Shown here: positions 53,463-60,286 of the stretch, piece after piece
Numbering within the stretch: the stretch's first letter is position 1
Layout of the letters: each line of letters starts with the position of its first letter
Source: a virus
Lineage: Duplodnaviria; Caudoviricetes
Direction: 5' to 3' (one strand)
DNA length: 60,286 bases
IMG/VR virus record: IMGVR_UViG_3300027911_000003
Coordinates: 1-60,286 of that record
The notes under the pieces: generated by a model
Seen by the model: only the letters and a program-made list of their open reading frames with translations
Told to the model about the DNA's origin: nothing
The model's database searches: none
Translations under genes and position numbers: made by a program

Positions 53463-54448
53463 GTGCCAGCACCCGAGAGAGTGTTGAGGCTCGTGCAGAG
53501 CGAGCTGATATTCCCCGTCGTCAGCGCAGTCGTGCCCCACCCGATCGCGGCGGTCACTTGACCCTTGAGGGGGGCCGCCGTAGTGTTGTTGCTATTCACG
53601 CCCAAATTAAGTGCGTACGTGCTTGATCCAGTTGGGGTCGACGATGTGGCGTTCGCCGAGCCACAAGTACCGCCGACGCAGGCCGTTCTGCTTGTGGCGG
53701 ACGCGAAAATGCCTGACCACATGTTCCATATAGGCGCTGTACCGCCTGCCTGAGCGCTCAAGGGGAATGCCCCGCCGTGCGCCTCTATAGCACTAAGGGT
53801 AATAACGCTGCTGCCATTAAGTGTATTTTGTATATAATGGCCTTCCCAAGTGGAAATTGCATGATCTATGAAGGAAAACGGGACTATGCTTGTGCTCGCC
53901 GCATTATTTTCATAAGCGTATACTGCCATAGTAAACGGAGTAACCGGGCCGGTGATCCCGGTAAATATGTAATTAACGGCCGTGCCATCAAATACAGTGC
54001 AATCCCCCGGAGTCGTCACGCAAGCGCCGGCCTGCAAATACACCCCGCTATGATTATTCGCAGATGTTCCAGTACGAGAATTACCTGTCTGGTCATAATA
54101 AAAATTAGTATAGCAAGTGCTCAGGCATGTTACGCTTATTAAGGCATTTGCGGTCCCGGCAGTGCTTGAGTAACTTGCCGTGCCGCCGTTGCAGACAATC
54201 GCAGTCCTACTTACGCTCGATGCAGCATTGATATTATCGCCAATCAGCGCGACGACAAAGTTAGCGCTGAGGGCGCTGCTAAGACAACGAGTGCTCCATC
54301 CGAAATAGGGCGTACCCGCAACAGAAATATCAAGCGGCAGGCCTGAGGCGACTGCTGGTACGGACTTCCAAATGCCGAAGCCCATGTCCGCCTGGGCCGG
54401 GCAAGCAAGCGACAGGCACGCTAGAAGCGCGATAAATAGTTTTCGCAT
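53456..54448 (-). CDS. Secreted LamG/ConA-like lectin-domain protein
   Basis: Signal peptide ending AQA|D; YDQTGNSR, WNMWSG, LKGQV..AI.W pattern; 10 Cys; ends in Cys. Confidence 0.75.
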   Translation of the reverse strand: MRKLFIALLACLSLACPAQADMGFGIWKSVPAVASGLPLDISVAGTPYFGWSTRCLSSALSANFVVALIGDNINAASSVSRTAIVCNGGTASYSSTAGTANALISVTCLSTCYTNFYYDQTGNSRTGTSANNHSGVYLQAGACVTTPGDCTVFDGTAVNYIFTGITGPVTPFTMAVYAYENNAASTSIVPFSFIDHAISTWEGHYIQNTLNGSSVITLSAIEAHGGAFPLSAQAGGTAPIWNMWSGIFASATSRTACVGGTCGSANATSSTPTGSSTYALNLGVNSNNTTAAPLKGQVTAAIGWGTTALTTGNISSLCTSLNTLSGAGTC

Positions 54449-54457
54449 CGGCGGCGC

Positions 54458-55327
54458 TCAGTTGTAGGTCATGCTCAGCGTGGCCCCAACGACCGCGTTG
54501 CCGTTGTCGGTCGTTGCCGCGGGATTGCCGAAAGCCACGAGACAATAGCTGATGCCCGTGCTGAAAGCGCGGCCAACCGGATATGTCAGATGATAGCCGG
54601 GACTCGTCGCGTTCGAGGGGATTGGGATGATGTCGATTAGGCTCGTGCCGCTTGAGCATGTCGGAGAAGTCGATGTATTGTAGAGCTTCAACTCCATCGC
54701 CGTCGTGGTCGATTGTGTCACCGTCACCGAGTAGAGCGTGCCCGCCGACGCCTTGACGTTCGTCGCATTGTTGGACGCCGCGCTCGCGAGCCACGTCGAG
54801 CTAAGGGCTGCGCCGGTTGTGCCCGCAACGGGGACCGTGCCGCCGATGGTCGCCGATCCAGCGGGAACTGACGCCCCCGTATTTGTGGCGATCGTCGCGA
54901 GGCTGCCAATCTCGGTTGTCTGGTTGGCTGCGGTCGCGGTCCCGTTGAGCGTTCCGAGGTTGACGGTCGGCGTGTTCGTAATAGCGGCGTTGACGCCGGG
55001 AACAAGAACGGCGCCAGGCGACGTGCCGTAGTTCGCCATCGCGCCCAGAACGCCGCCGCCCCACGTAATGACGTTGTCGTTGGCGCTGAGAGCGTTCGTC
55101 CCCGCCGTTCCCCACGCGGTCACGCTCGCATAAAGCGTCGAGTTGTTCGGATCAGATAGACCGATGATCGGAAAAAGATAGCCCGTCGCGGTCTGCTGAC
55201 CTTCTAGCATCGTGGCGCCCGCGCCGGGCGTAACCGTCAGCGTCGTGACGCCTGCGTTTGCCACAGATAGGCTGCCCGCGAGAAAGAGCGCCGCCACGCC
55301 CGCCGCAAGAATATGTCTCTTGATCAT
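54458..55327 (-). CDS. Secreted fibre/adaptor protein (paralog of 41586-43628)
   Basis: MIKRHILAAGVAALFLAGSLSVANA|G; NVKASAGTLY...LKLYN...FSTGISY C-terminal domain; 2 Cys. Confidence 0.8.
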   Translation of the reverse strand: MIKRHILAAGVAALFLAGSLSVANAGVTTLTVTPGAGATMLEGQQTATGYLFPIIGLSDPNNSTLYASVTAWGTAGTNALSANDNVITWGGGVLGAMANYGTSPGAVLVPGVNAAITNTPTVNLGTLNGTATAANQTTEIGSLATIATNTGASVPAGSATIGGTVPVAGTTGAALSSTWLASAASNNATNVKASAGTLYSVTVTQSTTTAMELKLYNTSTSPTCSSGTSLIDIIPIPSNATSPGYHLTYPVGRAFSTGISYCLVAFGNPAATTDNGNAVVGATLSMTYN

Positions 55328-55353
55328 GGTCGCTTCTTTCTGGGTTATCATTC

Positions 55354-57345
55354 TCAATACCTAGATGAGAAATCGAGCGTAAACATTTGTCCGAACGCCC
55401 CCGATGAGTTACCAAAGCTATAGAAATTGCTATTTGTTCCTATTACTGGATAATCCTGTGCAGCATAAGTATGTTTTCCAATAATAGGAGCCGATGGGCA
55501 ATGAGCGATAGCACTTCCTTGGACAGTTCCCGTCGACGATGCGTTATCCCACGGCGTTCCCGCAACACATACCGGAGTTGCTGCATCGATGCTAACGCCT
55601 ATAAATGCCGCTGATCCAGAATTTCCATTTGATGTTGACGTGAAGCCCATATAATTGGCTTCAACCGTATCTTCATTTACTCCAGAAACGACGGTTATTA
55701 TATTCTTTGTCGTTCCATTATCATGAGCGACCCATGTCGCCGACGCCGATGGCACAAACGCCGACCCAGAATTGTCCAGAACAATCGCCTTGACATTAAC
55801 GCGATTGTAGTAATTCCAGCAATTTATTACTGCGCCTCCGACAGGACCGCCGCTCGCCCCAGCCGGAAACGCGTTAAATGTAAACGTTGCGGCGGCTGGA
55901 TCCGTCGCGCATGTGCCTAAATACGTCGCCTGATTGGCCGGCACGGCGAAAGAGGTCGACCCATTATAGCAATTCGAAAGCGCATTTTTGTTCGTTACGT
56001 AAGACCGCGTCGAGAAATCCAGCTGTGAATATCCAGTTCCGCGCGCGGTATTTGAACCGCCTGTGTCGCTCGCCCAGCCCCCGCCGCTTCCATTCGTCGC
56101 GTGGCAGATAACGCTTCCGACAATCGCCCATTCATCAAACACGCCCGCGGCGTTGGCAGTGCCGGTGCCGCTTGCCGGAATAGTGTCGCTGAGTTCGTTC
56201 GCCGTGATCGTCGCCGTCTGATCTGCGGTTCCATTGAAATAAGGATAGCCATTTGCCACATAGCTATCGTAAAAGATCGTTGCTTTCGCGAGTTGCGGCG
56301 TCGTCATAACGGGCGTGTGCGACGCGAGGGTAAGCCGTCCGCCCGGGATCGTGTTCGTACCCCCCCCGCTAAATAGCGCGAAACCACCCGACGTTCCCGC
56401 CGCGACGCCAAGCGGAGTGACGTTCGCCGCATTGATGCCGAGATAGGGCAGGTTTGGGATCGGCGAATAGATAAACCAGCCAGGACCGCCCCCGCTGACG
56501 CTCGCCTGATAGACGATCATGTATTCCGTGTTCGGCTGGATTTCGCCGCCCGTGAGCGCCGTAGGGCCGCTGGGACCTGATTTCCAAACTGAAAGCGCCC
56601 CCGTGCCGACATTGATCGTTGCGGCCCCCGTGTTCGCTGCGGCTCCGACAAAGAAAATCGCGGTTCCGTTTGCCGAACTAAACCCAGCGTCCGTGACGGT
56701 TATTGTGTTTGCGCTACCCGTCGCGGCTCCCGCGTAGAAGGGGTTTCCTCCCGCGACCTGCACGAGTTTATCCCAAATCACATTTCCGAGACTGTCATAG
56801 ACGATCTGGCGATATTGGCCGACCCCCCAGATCGTCGCGCAGCCGTTGCTATCGAGGCCGATCGGATTGGTGTTGAGGATCGTCTGCGTCGGGTTTTGCC
56901 ACGTCTGCGAAGGCGTGAGAGTGCTCGGGATATACATGCCGACGCTGCCGCCCGCGATTGCGCTGTTGACTGTCGTCGCGAGGACGGGAACGGAAAAGCC
57001 CGAAACGCCGCCGATCGTCCCGCTCGCGGCGCTTAGGACATCCGCGACGACATAATTGATGCCCGGATTGAGAATGACGACCGCCGTCACCGTCCCGCCC
57101 GCAACCGTTATGTTGGCCGTTGCGGTGGTCCCTGAGCCGCCTGTCAGCGTGACGTTCGTGTATGTCCCCGCCGTGCCGCCGCTGCCGCCTGTGATCGTCC
57201 CTAGGACCGCGACTTGCCCGTTAATGCCGACCGTGGCTTGAAAACAAACTTCCCCCGGAGGAATCTGGTTCGCTTGCGCGAAAGCGTGCGCGGTACTAAA
57301 AGCAAGAAGAACGGCCGCCGCGAGATATTTTGCAATGCGAACCAT
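55354..57345 (-). CDS. Tailspike/fibre with podovirus virion-attachment domain and a signal peptide
   Basis: MVRIAKYLAAAVLLAFSTAHAFA|Q; AGGSVGMYIPSTLTPSQTWQ...NTNPIGLDSNG..IWG.GQYRQIVYDSLGNVIWD; ANTGAATIN and PGGRLTL fibre motifs; 8 Cys. Confidence 0.85.
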   Translation of the reverse strand: MVRIAKYLAAAVLLAFSTAHAFAQANQIPPGEVCFQATVGINGQVAVLGTITGGSGGTAGTYTNVTLTGGSGTTATANITVAGGTVTAVVILNPGINYVVADVLSAASGTIGGVSGFSVPVLATTVNSAIAGGSVGMYIPSTLTPSQTWQNPTQTILNTNPIGLDSNGCATIWGVGQYRQIVYDSLGNVIWDKLVQVAGGNPFYAGAATGSANTITVTDAGFSSANGTAIFFVGAAANTGAATINVGTGALSVWKSGPSGPTALTGGEIQPNTEYMIVYQASVSGGGPGWFIYSPIPNLPYLGINAANVTPLGVAAGTSGGFALFSGGGTNTIPGGRLTLASHTPVMTTPQLAKATIFYDSYVANGYPYFNGTADQTATITANELSDTIPASGTGTANAAGVFDEWAIVGSVICHATNGSGGGWASDTGGSNTARGTGYSQLDFSTRSYVTNKNALSNCYNGSTSFAVPANQATYLGTCATDPAAATFTFNAFPAGASGGPVGGAVINCWNYYNRVNVKAIVLDNSGSAFVPSASATWVAHDNGTTKNIITVVSGVNEDTVEANYMGFTSTSNGNSGSAAFIGVSIDAATPVCVAGTPWDNASSTGTVQGSAIAHCPSAPIIGKHTYAAQDYPVIGTNSNFYSFGNSSGAFGQMFTLDFSSRY

Positions 57346-57541
57346 CGTCTGTGTCCTGCTAATGATCGCGTTCGGCTATGGTCTGCATTGGCTGTTTTTC
57401 GGCATAAGCGAAGACTTTGGCCACGGCCTATTTGTCGGCATCGTCTTGATGTATGCCGCAATTTTCACGGCTTGGAAAGTCGCACCGGAAACCTTTTTCA
57501 AGGGACAGCAAGAGCGTTTCGATTTTGATCGCCGCCAATGA
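57335..57541 (+). CDS. Small two-TM protein on the opposite strand (exclusion/moron candidate)
   Basis: 68 aa, two hydrophobic helices, fills the gap between late genes. Confidence 0.55.
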   Translation: MRTIVCVLLMIAFGYGLHWLFFGISEDFGHGLFVGIVLMYAAIFTAWKVAPETFFKGQQERFDFDRRQ

Positions 57542-60098
57542 AATAATTCGAAGGCGGGATTGAACGGGTTAGCAGATTTCCAACCCGCGCCGCGCCGTTA
57601 GAAAGCGCATTGTGTGCGCCCATTGTCGCAAAAGCACGTTGAACCTCCCCCAAGAATTTCTGCGCGTCCGCACCGCTGGCGCTGAGACCCTGAGCACTTT
57701 GTTTCATGAGATTTCCAAGGCGGAAATTCTGCCATTCGTTGTGAAGCGCGTTGATCGCGCGCGAACCTAATGAGCCCGCTATAGCGCCCGGCCCTCCCGG
57801 CGCCACAGCCTCACCAATAAGCGTCCCCGCCACGCCGCCCGGACTATTCTGCGGCAACGAATAGCGTTCCGCGATCGAACGATTAATTGCGGTCTGCGAC
57901 CCCGAGCGGACGACGTTCTCGGTGTTTCGCATCGCGGCTTCGCCGTGGATCATATCGAAGACATCGCCAGCGTTCGGAAATAGGGCATCGAGCTTTTGCC
58001 GATTTGCAGATGACTTGCCAAACATCGAACGCGCACCGGCCAATACCCCTTGCCGCGCTTGCTCTAAGGCATCCCCGATCGCCACACGCGCGCCCTGCCG
58101 ATAGGCGTCAACTTCGGCAGGAGACATGCTCGCGAGTTCACGCTGAAATTCCTCCGGGCGAACCCCGCGAGTAAATAGCTTCGTTCCCGCGTCCATCGCG
58201 TCTTTCAGCCGCATTTGCGAAGAAAACGCCAAATCGCCTTCTTCAATAAACGGGTCGGATTTCAGAACTCCGTCAATCTGGCTGCGAATGTCGTTCGCTG
58301 CTCGATAGGCGCTTTTTCCCGCCGAAGTCCCGTCAATGGTCGCATTGCGTTCCATCGATTGAATGTCCCCGTCGAGCGCTTGGCGCACCTTGAGCAGGGC
58401 TCCCGGGTCTGACTTCGGAACGATCATTGTCGTGGGCTTGCCGTCAGGCCCGGGAATGCCAACTTTCGCGTCCGTCAAATATCCTTTCGCCTTCGCCAGA
58501 ATAGCCGCCTCTCCCCCAACAGCGTCTTTCAATTGCGCGTCGATACTGTTCAATACAGGCGTGATATTCAGCGGGGTTCCGTTTTCGCGCGCAGCATTGT
58601 ACCAAGGTCCCGCCGCAGTTTGGGCGCGACTGACAATATCCGACTTCGCCATTTCCAAGTCTGGTTTTGGCCCTAGCGTCTGGTCAATCGCTTGCGATAC
58701 GCGATCGTCGGCCCCCGCCGCGCGCGCCATCATCGCATTGCGAAGGATCGAAGTCGGAGCGCCGCCCTTTTGCGCGAGGCCCCCGGCTTCTGAGGTTAGC
58801 GAAGGTTCGATGTCCGCCAACGTCGCGTTCGGACCCATCGCCGTTAGATCACTCTGCGCCTTCCACGGATTTAGACCGCTTTCCGCCATACGCTCAGCAA
58901 TGTTGCGCGCCCCCGGTCCGACGCTCGCCAGCCGGTTCGCGATCGAGCCGACGCCCGCGCCAATCGCCGCGCCTACGGGCGGAGCCAGCGCACCAAGTCC
59001 GCCGCCCCATTCCGCACCGCGCACCGCTGCACTAGGATCGCCACCAGAACGCACAAACGCGTCCGCGCCGCCAATACCCGCGCCAGTCACGCCGCTGGCC
59101 AGCCCTCGCGCGAGCATCGGCATTCCCGCGCTGACGCCGAATGCCGCGGGAGCCGCCGCCATTGCCGGAATTGTCGCCGCCACGCCGCCTGCGATGTTGG
59201 CCGCACCGCTGAGATAGGGATGCGCCGCAGCAAACCCAGTATCCATGCCCTGCTGCTGTTTCAGCGCATTCGCATAGCGCTGCGACCACGTATCGCCCTG
59301 CAGTTGGTTTTGCGGCGCGAACATCGGATTGAGAGCGGGCGCGAGCGTCGCATTCGTCGCAGCGTCGGCCATATTGAGCGCGCCGCCAATGATCGGCATG
59401 CCGCTTGAAAGCCCGCGCACGATGTTGTTCGCAGTTCCCGTCGCGGTTTCCGGGGCGACCGGAGCCGATTGCGCGGCGGGTGCGGGCGCTGCGGCGTTCA
59501 TATATTTCTGGACGAGCGGATCGATGGAAAGATCGGGCGCGCTCGCGGTTGGCGCATTCGAGTTAGCGGGCGTTTGGGGCGCGCTTGGCTTCATATATTT
59601 TTGCACAAGTGGATCGTTGGCCGGGTCTGGGTTCCCCCCAAAGAACTTGTGAGCGCCGATCGTTTGCCCTGTCCCGTCATCCCATGCGGGCGGCGTTCGC
59701 CCCAGCGCCTTTTGCGCCGTCGGGCTGTAGAACATCGTCGCGCCACCTGTGGGATCGGGAGTTGTTCCCGACAAGACGTTATCCACAACTTTCGCAGCGT
59801 TTTTATATGCGGGCGCAGTCGTCGGAACGGCGGCCAAATTCTGCCGTTGCCATGCCTCGAATTGGTTCGGTGCAAGCACGACGTTTTTCGCGCTCTGTCC
59901 CGTTGATTTCATGCGATTGGCGATAACTGCGGCCACGCCCGATGCGCTCGGATCGCTTCCCGCCTCGCCCATGACTGTGCGGATCATGTAATCGCGATCG
60001 ATCGGTGACATGCCCGTGGCAATGCCGCCATAGGGCGAATTTGACAGATCGCCGGGCGGAGCCGGGTCGTCCTCGACCGTGACGTGCGCCTGAGCCAC
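57498..60098 (-). CDS. Large ejection protein (P22 gp16-like position) with N-terminal SleB/Hydrolase_2 cell-wall hydrolase
   Basis: IRTVMGEA...VAAVIANR...VVLAPNQFEAW...DPTGGATMFY...IGAHKFF; helical A/G-rich remainder. Confidence 0.85.
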   Translation of the reverse strand: MAQAHVTVEDDPAPPGDLSNSPYGGIATGMSPIDRDYMIRTVMGEAGSDPSASGVAAVIANRMKSTGQSAKNVVLAPNQFEAWQRQNLAAVPTTAPAYKNAAKVVDNVLSGTTPDPTGGATMFYSPTAQKALGRTPPAWDDGTGQTIGAHKFFGGNPDPANDPLVQKYMKPSAPQTPANSNAPTASAPDLSIDPLVQKYMNAAAPAPAAQSAPVAPETATGTANNIVRGLSSGMPIIGGALNMADAATNATLAPALNPMFAPQNQLQGDTWSQRYANALKQQQGMDTGFAAAHPYLSGAANIAGGVAATIPAMAAAPAAFGVSAGMPMLARGLASGVTGAGIGGADAFVRSGGDPSAAVRGAEWGGGLGALAPPVGAAIGAGVGSIANRLASVGPGARNIAERMAESGLNPWKAQSDLTAMGPNATLADIEPSLTSEAGGLAQKGGAPTSILRNAMMARAAGADDRVSQAIDQTLGPKPDLEMAKSDIVSRAQTAAGPWYNAARENGTPLNITPVLNSIDAQLKDAVGGEAAILAKAKGYLTDAKVGIPGPDGKPTTMIVPKSDPGALLKVRQALDGDIQSMERNATIDGTSAGKSAYRAANDIRSQIDGVLKSDPFIEEGDLAFSSQMRLKDAMDAGTKLFTRGVRPEEFQRELASMSPAEVDAYRQGARVAIGDALEQARQGVLAGARSMFGKSSANRQKLDALFPNAGDVFDMIHGEAAMRNTENVVRSGSQTAINRSIAERYSLPQNSPGGVAGTLIGEAVAPGGPGAIAGSLGSRAINALHNEWQNFRLGNLMKQSAQGLSASGADAQKFLGEVQRAFATMGAHNALSNGAARVGNLLTRSIPPSNYFIGGDQNRNALAVP

Positions 60099-60099
60099 G

Positions 60100-60187
60100 T
60101 TATTGCCCCTGATCGGGGGACATCACTTTGTCAGCGATGGCGAGTGACGATCGGAATTTGGCGGTTGCGGCGGGATTGCCTTTGAGC
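60100..60187 (-). CDS. 3' end of the join-spanning ejection protein (...KVMSPDQGQ*)
   Basis: In frame with 1-1145; TAA at 60100-60102 abuts the GTG of the next gene at 60098. Confidence 0.8.
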
Positions 60188-60286
60188 GATGCGAGTTTCG
60201 CCTTTTGCTCTTGCGGGGTCATCAGGTCGAATTTAAAGGCATCCGGATCCATACCGGCGTAATAGCCGGTTTTGAACTTTTGATAG
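60188..60286. repeat. Terminal direct repeat, copy 2
   Basis: Exact copy of 1-99. Confidence 0.97.

Noticed and set aside
42879-55063. Repeat pair as a DGR template/variable region
   Set aside because: Differences are mostly synonymous and not adenine-specific, both copies are internal coding segments, and no reverse transcriptase is present
1-60286. Alternative genetic code or stop-codon reassignment
   Set aside because: Core genes are full length under code 11 and use TAA, TAG and TGA as stops

Overview
The window is a complete, circularly assembled dsDNA phage genome of about 60.19 kb (bases 1-99 are identical to 60188-60286, and one ORF reads across the join). It is a P22-like podovirus, probably of an alphaproteobacterial (Hyphomicrobiales) host; the host is inferred from promoter style and gene families. 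The minus-strand late arm encodes TerS, TerL, portal, scaffold, major capsid, gp4/gp10/gp14-like tail proteins, ejection proteins (one with a SleB-type hydrolase domain), tailspike-like proteins and a lysis region with an amidase and two papain-fold enzymes. The early region has a Cro-like regulator, ERF, a YqaJ-type exonuclease, NinB, HNH and many small ORFs. I found no integrase, CI-type repressor, ParA, DNA polymerase, primase or helicase. Two features stand out. (1) Sixteen late genes (about 17 kb, about 28% of the genome), including the tailspike with a podovirus virion-attachment domain, start with Sec-type signal peptides. All 15 that contain Cys have an even Cys count in the mature part, and they share junction and terminal motifs. 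This suggests virion appendages that are exported, disulfide-folded and assembled outside the cytoplasm. (2) Upstream of a very small iteron-containing initiator-like gene lies a roughly 470-nt structured minus-strand RNA with its own promoter and a convergent roughly 125-nt antisense RNA with its own promoter and terminator, resembling ColE1 RNA I/RNA II or ctRNA replication control. Family assignments come from motif recognition only; no database searches were run.
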